A DNA stretch of 64,000 nucleotides from contig FLMG01002851.1 of NCBI GenBank assembly GCA_900088475.1, positions 1 through 64,000 on the forward strand, in the 5' to 3' direction. Below the pieces are notes generated by a model that was not told where the DNA came from, ran no database searches, and saw only the letters and a list, made by a program, of their open reading frames with translations. The stretch's first letter is position 1; each line of letters starts with the position of its first letter. Source of the stretch: Hyphochytrium catenoides (taxonomy: Eukaryota; Protista; Hyphochytriomycota). The translations under genes and the position numbers were made by a program. Of this stretch, positions 13,272-26,100 are shown piece after piece.

Positions 13272-14174
13272 TTACAAAGCCTCACGGTCTAAGATTATGA
13301 CCAGCAAGAAGCCCAAGAAGAACTGCACCGTCACGAACCAGGTGTCGTTCTTCATATCGGAGTGCGCCTCAATCATGAGCTCATCCGTGACAAGATAAAG
13401 CAAAGCAGCAACACCAAAAGAGATCATTGCCAAGAAGCTTGTTCCATCTAAACGCGATAGAATCAAAGCTCCCAACCCGGAACCGCAGAGAATTAGTGCG
13501 GGCAGTATGCCACATATAATCATAGCTGATACTCTTCGCACTCTCCTCTTTCGCATGGTAGATGAAACTGAGATGCCCAAGAAAAACATCTCCAGAGTCA
13601 GAGCCACGGCCATAATCCAGCCCACCTTCGCCCCCGCAATGTAGGATATCCCAAGAAGTAGACCATCCATGACACTATCTACAGCCGCAGCGACCACAAG
13701 GCCCCACGGGACATTATGCCAGATAGAATACTGCGGGTTGCCACGCTTAGCCGTCAAAGCCCCCAAGAGAGGGGATGCCTCCTCTGTCATTTGTGAGCGT
13801 TGAGCGCCACTCGTCAACATGTCGCTGGCAGATTCTTTCTCTAGTTCGGCCTCCTCCATCCTTCCGACGACAAGCCGCCCTACCACAAGCATTGAGCCAA
13901 CACCGAGGAGAAAACCAATTACAATTGCTAGTGTTGATGAATCTGAAGGGGACCCGGCGCTGGTGATCATTGGCAATAGCTCTACCCCAACTGCTGCAAA
14001 GACTAACCCTGCTGCAAAATGCTGGACAGCTGATGTCAACTTCGGCCCAGGCTCCGCCAAAAGCTGTACCATTTGCCCTCCGAAGAGCATTGAGAGGACT
14101 GGAATTGAGCAAAGCAGCGCAAGACCCATATCCAACTGCTTAGCTTCTCCTTTGGGATGAAGTTCAGGAGACAT
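13272..14174 (-). CDS. ZIP family (ZupT/GufA-like) divalent metal transporter, intronless
   Basis: About 8 hydrophobic segments. Motifs QHFAAGLVFAAVGVELLP, VDSVMDGLLLG, ALTLEMFFLG, LLYLVTDELMIEAH. The first in-frame ATG is at 14174; the ORF track extends to 14225 from a GTG. Confidence 0.9.
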   Translation of the reverse strand: MSPELHPKGEAKQLDMGLALLCSIPVLSMLFGGQMVQLLAEPGPKLTSAVQHFAAGLVFAAVGVELLPMITSAGSPSDSSTLAIVIGFLLGVGSMLVVGRLVVGRMEEAELEKESASDMLTSGAQRSQMTEEASPLLGALTAKRGNPQYSIWHNVPWGLVVAAAVDSVMDGLLLGISYIAGAKVGWIMAVALTLEMFFLGISVSSTMRKRRVRRVSAMIICGILPALILCGSGLGALILSRLDGTSFLAMISFGVAALLYLVTDELMIEAHSDMKNDTWFVTVQFFLGFLLVIILDREAL

Positions 14175-15326
14175 TGTGACTGGAGAAGGCAAGAATATTG
14201 CGTTTGTTGTACGTCGAATAGCCACTTGCTAGTGTCCGCAGTGTACAGAGAGTCTTCGAAGCTCCACGCCCATTCTATCTAACCCTGCATGTCAGAAGAG
14301 CCCCTCACTTTCGTGATCCCTTTCTCTAACGATGAGGTACTCCTTCAAAGTTCTTTGGTTAGCAGTGGTAACGATATGCAAGGGGGCGCGCCTAATGTTT
14401 TAGCACATGAGGTCAGCCCGCCAGCCCCCGTGGAGAACTACTAGCGCCAGGAAGTGGTCTCTCTATGATTGATGTGCGGAGATTGTATTCATAGGTGTAA
14501 CTCTTCTTATTACCAGCGGAGTCTCTGTCGCTCCATGGTGTCTGTCTCTGGTCTTCGGATGTAGGCGTGATGAAGGTGTGAAGATTTCTTCAACCTTCGT
14601 CATTGGCCTGTCAACCTTCGTTATTTGGGCCTGGTCAACCCTTCAAGCTGTAGTCGTTATGTCGTAGTTTGTATGTCGTAGTTTATAGCCTGTGGGTGGG
14701 GATGATGATCAGGGATAAATGTTAGGGTTGGGCACACATTCTCTCTGTGGGTGGGAAGCCGGGCAATCCTAGCTCCTGGGGTAGTATTGGCATGGTCCCA
14801 TGATACCGCGCTTGTCGTACAGAGAGTTGAATCTTTTTGCGCCTTGTTTATGAGCTTTGTCAGCTCATCTCTCATCTGCTGCTGATGTGCTGATGGCTCA
14901 GTCTCAGTTCCGCCACCAGGTTGTGAGCTAGATGATGGCCAGCATTGTCAGTGTGGAGGACGGAGAATGGAGGCCGCCTGAAGAGGCCGCCGGCAGCTTG
15001 CTGGGACTAATAATGGGTAGAGTGCAAGGGTTCGTGCCTGGTTTTGGCCTTGTGTGGGTGGCGGCGGCAGCGCAGCTACTGTCATGGCGAATATAGGGAG
15101 ATTAGGACATCCTTAGACATTCCCACCTCTGCAAGCGATAACTTCTTTCGGCAGCAGCGAATGTAAGCATCTTCAGCCCCCGTCGGGACGGCTTAAGGTT
15201 CTAATGCATCATTCCACTGAATTCTGTGTCCTCACTGTTGTCAAGAAGATGGATGCTTGAGGAATTGGCCGCGACTACGTGTTAATGGATGCAGGAAAGT
15301 GCTTGATCAGCATAAGTCAAAATAGA

Positions 15327-17571
15327 TTAAGAGAAGTACTTAGAGTCTGCATCGTTATCATCTCTCTCTTCGGACTGATCGTCCTCTACTGTCGTTTGGT
15401 GCAGGGGAGCGGATCTGTACATTATTCGACGGCCCTGCTTCTTCTTTGGCGCTTGCATTGATCGCTCAATGGACTTCTTCATTCTCTCCTCATACATCTT
15501 CTGCTGCTGCTCTAATCTCTCCTGTCGCACACGCTCTCTCCGCTCTTTTTCCTTCTCCTTCTCTGCCTTGGCAACATAATCCTCCGGCATATCTTGAATC
15601 GAGCGCAACAGCTCTTCGAGCCTTGACTCCAGATCAGTTAGCATGAAGAGCGTGCTAGGGTTGGAGTCTGCATCAAATCCACATTTCTTGTAGACATCCT
15701 TCACCTGCAAACATTGGAGAAATCCACAGTAAGGTTCGCTGTTACCTAGAGATTCTGTCAGCTAACACGGAAGTAGAATTTTGATTACCTTGAGGTGGAG
15801 CTCGTAAAGGAGCTTCTCATGCGGATCTTGGCCATTGCTATTGCTCACTCGCGCGCGTAGAGCGGCTGCCTTCGCTTCTTCAGCCCTGATCTGATTCTGC
15901 AGCTCGCTAATCTGGAGCTCTAAGGCTTGCGTCTTTCGGTTCATCTTCGCCTGAGTATCATGGAAATCTTGCTTCAGCTTCTCTAAGGCCTGCTCAGTTT
16001 CTTGACTATTCTGAATTAGGAAGAGATTGCTCTCTTCCAATGTCGTAAATATGCCAAGGAGCTGCTCCGGATGCTGAAAGTACATTGGGTACTCCTCTTC
16101 GCTGCAATGCTGAGGGTAAGAGACACAAAGATTGTCCGACTTGGGAACAAGTTCCTCACCTACTCGTAACCTGCAGTTCGTCAACGTTCGGCCTGGGAGG
16201 TAAGGTAGGCATGGAGTTGCTCGACTTGTCTCCTTTCTTCTTGACCCGTCCCTCCTTCTCTAATCTAGCCTTCTCGGCCCTCTCCTTGAATTCGAAGTCC
16301 TCCACTGCGGCTTGGCAGTCAGCCTCCCACTTCCTTAGCATCTCTGCTTTTCGGCTTTCCAGGCGGTCAAGCTGTATAAGCAGCAAGACACGATGAGAGA
16401 GGAGGCGTTATATGGTGTGAGAGGGGAGAGCTACTCTTTTTCGGTGTAGTGAAGGACAAATAGACAGCAAGAGCCAGAGAGAGAACACATGGCAAAGGAA
16501 AAGGGTTGAAGAGATAGAAAAAGTGCTAGCCCTAGCCTCGACCTGCCGCTTCTTCTTCTCTGCCGCACAGTGCTCGAAGAACTCTGGAGGAGTGAGGTCA
16601 TCTAGGAACTTCTTGTGCTTCAAACAATCTTCTAACTGCTCCTTAAGCTTGGACATCTCGCTTTGCACCACTTGGATCTGAAGGTGAGACCGGTTGACAG
16701 AGGTCAGAGATAAGGATAAGATGTTGGCGCTACACTGACGGAAAGAACCTGCTGATTGAGCTTTTTGATCTCTTGCACTTTCTCATTCTTGGCTTTCGTC
16801 TCTTTTTCTGCACGTTTGATGGCTTCATGCGCTTTGCGGTCGTTTTCCTTCAGGAAGGCATCAAACCTAACCGCATCTTCATCCAACATTTGCTCGCTCT
16901 TGCGTAGCGCTTCCTCCTTCATCTGCGCCTTTTCTTCCAGTTTCTTTATCTCTTCGCGCTTCGTGTCGAGCGCCATTTGCACCAGGAACATCTCCCTCTT
17001 CTTGGCCAAGAACTCAGACATATTCTCCTTTTCCCGATGACCCTGACTGGGTGTGGATGCAGTCATCAGTGCTTTCCCTGTCCGGGCTAAGGTAATATTG
17101 GATCCAGTCTGCGGGGTAAGCATAGCCTCCTACGATGTGGCGCAAGAGCATTTTCAGACGTGCAGCCTCATTTCGTTGCCTTTTATTTTCTTCACGTACC
17201 GATTGTACGCATTCTTTAGGCTTGGAACTCTTGCCTATGCGCGATGAAGCAGTGGTTTTCTCTATGACTTTAAGGTTCTTGACCAACGCTTTTGACTGGG
17301 TGAAAGCAGGTTAGCATATTAGATAGCGAACTGACTCTTCGAATGAATCTTTTCCTCCTGATACCTCTAACTTTTTCCGTTTATCCTCATCCCGCAGGCG
17401 GAAGATATCGTCATCTGAAGGGATCGTGAAAGGATTGACTTCTATGAAGGCAAGTTAGATGGAGCCACATGGTGAATGACAGTGCTCTTGCCACCAAGTA
17501 CCTGCAGCTTCCTCCCTGGGAGAGATATCGGTAACCAGGAGGTCGGCAACATTCCGGTTGTTGGTTGCCAT
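15327..17571 (-). CDS. CFAP100: Cilia- and flagella-associated protein 100 (CCDC37/38, MIA1/FAP100; DUF4200 coiled coil); multi-exon
   Basis: NPFTIPSDDDIFRLR, KENMSEFLAKKREMFLVQMALDTKREEIKKLEE, DAVRFDAFLKEND, FLDDLTPPEF, MYFQHPEQLLGIFTTLEESNLFLIQNSQETE, KKQGRRIMYRSAP, ending in DSKYFS. Confidence 0.9.
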
Positions 17572-18680
17572 CCTCCGAGTCCTCTTTCCACCTTGGAACT
17601 AGCTATGCCTGTTGACTTCACAAGCACACCTAATTGGCGAGCTAGCTAATGTTCTATGGCTCTGGACTGGGTTTCATCTGGTTCTGAGCAATAGATAGCT
17701 TCATGCCCAGGAAAACAATGGTCAGGATCCAGCCGAAGTGCACCGCCAGAAGGAGCGAAGATGGTTTCGATCGTACCGATGGGCAGGCGATGAAAATGGA
17801 CAGAAGCTCCTGGAACAAGCTGTCTGATGGGGTGCTGGCTGGGATACACGGAACAGCTAGCGTGATCCTTTTTCACGTCCTGTGTACATGCAGCAGATGG
17901 AAGGGAGCATCGCCTGCTGAGTCGGAAGAGCCGAAGATGAGGTGAGAGCTTGTCTGCTTGGCCGTCTCGGTGCACTTGGAGCTCAGGCTCCTCCTTCCCA
18001 GTGCTGCTGCTGGTCCTTATCGTCCTGGTGCTTGAGATGATGGAAACAGAACAAGGTCGTTACAATCCCAGACCCCCACCACTTATGTAAAATCTGCACC
18101 CTAATGTTCGGAACTTGCATGAGCTAATTTTAAATAGGGAAGCTGCTGTATGGTGGTCTCCTGACCTCCCCCAGGTCAGGTGGTGACGCTTCGTTCACTA
18201 CAGTTTTACAGTGAGGAAGGCACGGGGACGGCATGCCTAAGGCGGACTGAGAGCTAAAGCTGCGTGAAGACTGTGGCCCTGGCGGTCCTGACAGGCCGCG
18301 CCGCCGTCATTCATCCACAGCCCAATGTCCAGAGCCAACCTCTGTGTCATTGTCCTCCTTCCTCCTGCCTTCTCTTGGACCCTAACCATGTGCACGGGCA
18401 CCGCGATAGCCGCTAGAAGGCCTCCTCAGAGACAGAAGACGCTCCGATCGTCGGAGTCCTTGAGATCAAAGTCTTTGTTGACCGACTGAGACCACTGAAA
18501 GCTTCAGAGACCAGTATCCGCATGAAAGCCATGGCTACTTTGAGGCTGCCAACGGCGGGTAAGTGTGCTTTGACAGCCGAGGTCCCTAAGGCAAAGCATC
18601 CGCTCTAGCGAAGTGTTTTGCACTTCCAGAGTTTATGACTGAAATCTCTATACGCTCTAGAGACCTTCTCTCTTTGAACC

Positions 18681-21600
18681 ATGTCTAGGGGAAGCATGTC
18701 ATCCCCAGATCACCTTAAGAGGATGTCGTCCGCAGATCTCAGTCGGACATTGGCCAAAGCGAAGAGCCTCAGAGAGGGAGACATGTTTGGCCAAAGGTTG
18801 AGCTCTGAGAACCTCTCCTTCTCTCATGAGGCCAGCAAAAGCACAGGTTCTTCCATTGCTCCGCTCTCTCATCGAATATCTTCCAGAGAGAACTCCGACC
18901 ACAGCAAGGCTCAGAGGAAGGTCAATATCTACGCAGATCTCTTGCTGTGGCTGACGTCGCAAGTGGTCCTCCCTGTCAAGAAACGACCATGGACGGCAGA
19001 GGAAGAAGACGCCATGACGCGCTTTGTCTCAAGCTTTGAGATCACAAAGCTCCTCATCTACGTGGACGGAGGCAACAAGATCCACGTCACTTCCACAGAG
19101 ATGCCATTCTTATACGCGATTCCTTGCGGGATGTACTTTATCAAGATGGAAGGCAAGGTCACCATTGCTAACGTCAACCAGAAGATTATTCGTGGGACTT
19201 TTACCTCTAGCCGCTTTGGCGGCCTTGACTCCCTTCACAGGTCGATGGCCCTGGTATATCAAGCATCACTGACACAGAGCATGAAGTGGCGAGACGGGGT
19301 TCGGAATGAGTTCAAAAAGCATTACCACCGCTTTATGGCGGCACTGGTAGAGTCTACGAACTATGACAAGGCAAAGACTGTGCTTTACACAGCCGAGGAG
19401 GATCTGGAGGATGTGCAGATGGCAGTCAAGGACAAGGAGCTTATTCAACGGCTGGAGTCGGCAGTCATACATTGGACGCGGCAGATCAAGAACGTGTTGG
19501 CGAACCATGAGGATATAAACCGCTCGGATACTACTGGCCCACTAGAAGAGATCGAGTTTTGGCGCTCCAGAGCGTTAGATCTGACAGGCATCAGCGACCA
19601 GGTCAACAGTCCCGATCTGCAGAAGGTCCTACGGGTCCTGGAGTTAGCTGGATCTCAGTATCTGAAGCCCTTCATGACTCTAGCGAATATGATCCATGAT
19701 GGCGCCAGCCAGGCTAATGAGAATCTGACCTTTCTGAGCTCGCTTAGCAGCCCCTGTGAGGCCATTGAGGCGGCAGATCTGGACTCTCTGGCGCCTCTGA
19801 TGCCGGCTGTGCTTCTCCGTGTACGCATGATCTGGTCTCTGTCTACATTCTTCAACACAGACGAGAGAATCATCAGCCTTCTGGGAAAGCTGAGCTGCCA
19901 GATCGTCAATAAGTGCAAGTCAGCCCTTCTCTTGCTGCAGCTCTTCACTGGTAACATCGACGATATCTCTAAGAGTCTGGAGAGCTGCATTAGCTGCGGT
20001 CTGCGTTGGCGAGATGCCTATCACGGCACGAAGGCGGCCATCCAGAGGGCTCACTCAGACAACACATCACGACACTGGCGCTTTGATGACGCCAACGTCT
20101 TTGCTCAGTCTGATGCTTTCATCCAGCGCTGCCGCGATCTCTATGAGATCTGCAGGGCGCGGGATCAGTTTGAGCTCCGGCCGAGGGATGGCGAACCTCT
20201 GACTGCGGAACGCTTTGGAGGCCCCCGAGCGGCAGAGACAGTCAAAGCTTTGGGCGACATCCGCGCATCCTTTCTTGAAGAGCTGGACCTCATCCAAACG
20301 AGCAAATATGACATTCTGGACGTGAATATGTCAAGATGGCACCAAGACTTCAATAAGTTCAAGCTGGCCGTGAAAGACTTTGAATATATGCTGCAGAATG
20401 TCATCAACGTAAGCTTTGAGGGCCTCACTAATATTTCTGAGGCACTACATCAGCTGGAGGCCTTTGCTGACCTCGCCAAGACAAGCTCCATACATCGTAC
20501 CTTGGAAAGGAAAGCCTCTGACATATTCCAGCTCTTTCTTACTCAGACGGTTGCCGCGCGGGCTTCCTTTGACAGTCTTAGAAAGAGCCCACCGCTGCTC
20601 CCAACAGAACCATCATTCGCAGGCTCTGTCATCTGGGTGAGAGGGATCGGTGCACGCATCAGAAGGGACTGGGAGCAGCTGCAGGCGGCGGTAGCCAAGG
20701 GCTATCTAGCCAAAGTCCCAGAGCTGGAAGAGGCGGAAACAGCATGCACAGCCGTGCTGTCAAGCCTCGATGACTATGCCCAGAACCGCTATCAGAGCTG
20801 GCTTGCTACGGTGCAGAGCTTGGACCTTCAGTCACTGTTCAAGCTCTTAGACAAACCGCTTATTCGAAGAATGAGTGAGAAAGAAAGAGCGATGCAAGAC
20901 GAAGCTCGTAGATCCTATCAAAATCAGGCAGCTGCGATGATTGACTCCTTTCTGTCAGGAGATGGCACAGCCACATATCCAGGCAGTGGAGAGGGAGAGC
21001 AGAATTTGAACAAGATGGGATCTTCAGGCGCTAGCGGCTTCTCTCTCCCTCTTTTAGTAGTGAACTTCGACCCTTTCTTGCAGCGACTCTTTGCGGAGGT
21101 CTTTCATTGGCAGCGCCTGCAGGGCAAGTTCACTGTTCCGTTTGTCGTCCATGAGATCTGCTCTCAACGAGAGAAGTTCCGTGTGATGTCGGAGAGCGTG
21201 ACGCTGTTGGTTCGAGGATATAACAGCATCGTACAGTCCTTGGCGAACGAAGAACAGCGGCTGTTTGCTGATCATATGAAGCGGCTAGACAAGAGGATCA
21301 GCCAAGGCATNNNNNNNNNNNNNNNNNNNNNNNNNNNNNNNNNNNNNNNNNNNNNNNNNNNNNNNNNNNAAGAGACAATGGAACTGGTCAAGCGGTACAA
21401 TGAGGGCAGAGAGAAGATTGAGCTCATCTGTAAGTCCATCTCCAACTCTTCTACGGTCCACTTAGAACGGAACTATGTCTATGAGGAGCTTGAGTTTGAA
21501 GCTCGACAAAAGGACTTCAGCCTCAGCGCTCGAGAGAACCTGTTGGAGAGTTATAAGCAGGTAATCCGCACGCTGAAGGCCCTTCAGGGAATGTTCCAGG

Positions 21601-23082
21601 AGGCATCTGCAGACGCCCATAATGAGTGGAAGAAGTTCGTTCAGAGGGTGGACAGGGCCCTTGAGCAATCTCTTCGGCAAGCGGTCCGGCGCTCTTTGCA
21701 GGAGATATCTAAGGCAATCAACGGCGACCATGGCAACGAGCCGCAGGGGATGTTCAAGGCGTACGTGATGATTGATGACAAGAGTAATCAGGTCACGATG
21801 CGGCCGCCCGTGCTTCAGCTCGCTCAAAATGTGGATAACTCTTGCCGGGACTTGCTCAAAGCCCAGCTACTACTGCCACGGATCACCAAGTCTATTTTGA
21901 TGCTGCAGGAAGACCAACTGGACGAGTTGCTAGCTTTTCTGCCGAGGCAGACCAACACTGTGCTTTCCCCTGTCCCGCTGAGCACTGACAAGCCGTACAG
22001 CACCGGTTTAGCCCCGGTCCCTGGCTCTCCCGCTCGTCGTCCTCCTAAAGAAGGCGGCTTGGAGGGTGTAGAAGAAGGAGAGGACGGCGAAGGGGAGGCT
22101 ACCATAGAACCGACGGTGCTACCTGCCGTCTACAATCTTCCCATCCTGACACCAACAACAGTAAATTCGAAAGGCGAGGACTCTTTGCAGGCAGGCGTAG
22201 CGTTCTCAGACGGGCCAGTAGCCACGTACTTCGGTAGCATCTCAACGGACGAGGATGTGGCAAAGATCCTCATCCAGATCGTGCAAGGCATCAGCGGCAA
22301 TAATCGACAAGTGCAGAAGCATACGAGCTACTGGGAAGCCAAGTATAGCTACCTCTGGACCATCGATAGGGCCTCATACATGCGCAGGTATGAGAAAGCC
22401 AAGAAGGCCCCCTCGAGCTTTGAGGCCGACATAACGCGATACCTTGAGCAAAAGCTGGAGATCCTAGCTGAAGAGAACCTGATGCATATTCAAAGCATCG
22501 TTGTGGACTGCACGCGGCTCAAAGACTCCTTAGTGCAGCACTGTGTCCTGTGGCAGCAAAGCCTAACGACGCTTCTCAACCACGATGCCACCACACAGCT
22601 CACGTCCATACACGAGCTGTTCACAAGGAACACGAAGGCGCTCTCTGAGATGCCCTATACTTTGGAAGAGCTCAGCTCTAACCTGGCGCTGCTCCAAGAG
22701 ATGAAAGCGCAGGAGAAGTGGTTTGAGACCCAGTTCCAGGTATTGGATGAGATCTACTCTTATCTCGCAAAATTTGAGGTCCAAGTTCCGGACGAGGAGC
22801 TGCAGCAGCTCGCGGCGCTGCGGCCGGCCGGCAAACAATTCCTGGAGTTCTTAGATGAAGCCGCGAAGATGCTTGAGAAGTCAAAGGTGAACATGAAGCG
22901 CGACCTGGAAGGCTCCCTGGCTTCCGTTAAGAAGCAGGTAATAAGCCCAAGTAACCTCTCCCTTCATCCTTTTGTCTCTCTGTCTGTAAGGATCCTCAGC
23001 TGCATATAGCAGGCTTCTCATTCCTTTATGACTTCCCTTGGACACGTTAAAATTTTTCTCTCGTCTCCATCTCTTCTCTCTT

Positions 23083-23126
<44 letters not shown>

Positions 23127-26100
23127 TCTGTGACTGAGTATAACACCCATTCCACCGACGACTGTGCCAAATCCTGTAGGCAAGCGACCTCAAGATGCAG
23201 GGGACGAAAGCTCTGCCTTACAGCCCCGACATCCCAGAGGCACAAGCAGCGGCGGCAATCGAGGAGTTCAAGACCAAGGTGGAGGCTTGTCGGCAGAAGT
23301 CCCAAGCCCTGCTGCCTGGGATGACGATCTTCAACATTGAATTTGTAGAGCCTTCAGAATTGTTAGAGTTAGACCGTGACCTGCACCTGCTAAGCGAAGT
23401 CTGGACATTGAGCGAGGGCTGGAACAGGAAGTGGAGCACCTGGCGGCTCTCCGTCTTCTCGGAGGTAAACATTGAGGAGATGGAGACGGAGGCTGCGAAC
23501 TTCGCGAAGCACATCGCCAAGCTAGGGCGGGACATCAAGAGCTGGAAGATCTGGGTGGCCATGAGGGAGAAGATTGACCAGTTCCGGCAGACTGTGCCAC
23601 TGATCCAGGACCTGAAAAATCCTGCCATGCGCCGGCGGCACTGGGACCTCCTCCGCGCCGAGCTAAGCCAGCAGTTTGACCCGGAGAGCAGGACCTTTAC
23701 CCTGGAACGCGTCTTTGCCTTAGGACTGCACATGCACGCAGCACTGATTGGCGACATATCAGCCAACGCGAACAAGGAGCTGGTCATCGAAACCGCTCTA
23801 GCCGCGATAGCCAAGAAGTGGAATGAAGCGGCGCTCGACATCGTGCCCTATAAAGCTTCTTATTATAAGATCCGCAGCACAGACGACCTCAACCAAATGC
23901 TAGAGGATGATCAGGTTGCACTGTCCACTATGAAGAGCTCCAAGTTTTACCCTTCTTTCAAAGAAGAGATCAGTCATTGGGAAAGGAAGCTCACCATCAT
24001 CGCCGAAGTAATAGAGATTATGTTGCAGGTTCAACGGCAGTGGATGTACCTGGAGAACATCTTCGTCTCTTCTGAGGACATCCGCAAGCAGTTGCCAACC
24101 GAGACAGCGCTCTTTGATGAAGTCAACAAAGAGCTTAAGGCTCTGATGGCACTCATCGCAAGTGACCCTCGTGTGGTCCTCTGCTGCGTGGAGCGGGAGC
24201 TAATGAAACCAATATCAGCTATGGACACCAGCTTGCAGACCATCCAAAAGTCTTTGGATCACTACCTAGAAGCCAAACGGATGATCTTCCCCCGCTTCTA
24301 CTTCCTATCCAATGAGGATCTTCTAGAAATCTTGGGCCAGGCCAAGGACCCTTCGCAGGTGCAGAAGCACATCAAGAAGTGCTTCGAGGGGATAAAATCC
24401 TTGCAGCTCGATGTCATCACTGGACCATCTCCATCCGCCAACAGTTCCCAGCTGACAACGCCGGCTTCAGGAGAGGACAAAAGAGGTCACAACAGCGATG
24501 AGAGGGCAGGTGCAGGTTCTCAGGCTCACGAGAAGAGAATTGTGGCATCAGCTATGGTCGCTCCTGACGGTGAGATCGTTCGTTTCTCAGACCCTGTGCC
24601 AATTCAAGGCGCCGTGGAGCTCTGGCTAGTACAAGTGGAGCTCAAGATGCAAAGGACACTGCAAAATCTTCTTGCGGAGAGTCTTCAGAGCTCAAAAGGG
24701 CGTAAGGAGCAGTGGATCAAAGATTGGCAGGGCCAGCTTATCATTACTGTTGGGCAGATTGTATGGACGGCTGACTGCCATAAAGCTCTTTCAGAGATGG
24801 GTCAGGGTGACCGCGGGGCACTCAAGCAGTCGAAGAAGAAACAGGTAGCCTTCCTCAATCGCATGGCTGACATGGTGCGCAGCCCCTTAACAAAGATTCA
24901 GCGCGCGAAGCTTGTGGCTCTGATCACTGTGGAGATCCACAATCGCGATGTCATGGAGCGAATGATGAAGGCAAACTGTGAAAGTACCACGGACTTTGAA
25001 TGGATTAGCCAGCTGCGCTTTATCTTTGCCAGAGATGTGGGGCCTTCAGGAACCTGCCAGGTAAAGCAGCTGAATGCCCAGCTAGAATATAGCTACGAGT
25101 ACCAAGGAAACAACGGACGGCTGGTCATAACCCCACTGACTGACCGTTGCATACTGACCCTGGTGATGGCCATGCATCTTCACCGCGGAGGCAATCCTCT
25201 AGGGCCTGCAGGGACGGGAAAGACGGAGACCGTGAAGGATTTGGGAAAGAGCTTAGCCAAGTATGTGATCGTCATCAACTGCAGCGATGGGCTGGACTAT
25301 AAATCAGTAGGGAGGATGTTCTGTGGGCTCGCCCAGTGTGGGGCCTGGGGCTGCTTTGATGAGTTCAATCGCATCGACATCGAGGTGCTCTCGGTGGTGG
25401 CCATGCAGATTCTATCTATCATGACAGCACTCTCTCAAAAGCTCCCTCAGTTCGTCTTCATGGGACAGACCATCAAGCTCAACCCCAACTGCGGAATCTT
25501 CATCACGATGAACCCAGGATATGCTGGCCGAACAGAGCTTCCAGACAATCTCAAGGCGCTGATGCGCCCTGTAGCCATGATGACACCTGACCTCGCACTC
25601 ATCGCAGAGGTGATGCTCCAGGCCGAAGGATTCAAAGAAGCTCGAGTGCTTGNNNNNNNNNNNNNNNCAAACGCGAGGATCCTGAGATGAATGAAGATGC
25701 AATCCTGATGACTGCCCTGCGAGATATGAACGTGCCAAAGTTTATTGAGGATGATCTCAGGCTCTTTAAGCTGCTGCTATCTGATCTTTTCCCTTCTCTT
25801 GACCTGCCGCCCGATGAACCTGGGCCGCTGCATGCGGCCATAGGCCAAGAACTTAGAAAGGCAAGCCTTCAACAGTTGCCTTTCCAGGTGGACAAGATGA
25901 TCCAGCTCTCGGACTCGAAGGCGACGCGACATAGCAACATGCTCGTTGGGAAGACCTGCACTGGCAAATCTACTATCTGGAAGATCCTCTCACGGGCGCT
26001 CACAGCTCTCTCAAAGGATTCTGGACACACCTTGCCTTTGTCTCCAGGACCAAATACTGGCACTTTCGCGACGACGGACCCAGCAGGCGCTGGAGAAGGG

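Noticed and set aside
14567-14890. Box C-like GTGATGA suggesting a C/D snoRNA
   Set aside because: There is no suitably placed box D or terminal stem, and no rRNA-complementary guide was identified.
14657-15170. Possible small spliced minus-strand gene between ZIP and CFAP100
   Set aside because: Only short ORFs with no recognisable motif. It needs transcript evidence.
17646-17975. Short ORFs between CFAP100 and dynein
   Set aside because: They overlap on both strands with no recognisable domain. Treated as UTR or promoter sequence.
25632-25700. Apparent frameshift or split of the dynein ORF (23195-25690 versus 25687-27753)
   Set aside because: It coincides with a 15-N gap. The conserved segment around HYDFGLR (roughly 40 aa) is missing, so the gap is under-sized. 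This is an assembly artefact, not a pseudogene or programmed frameshift.
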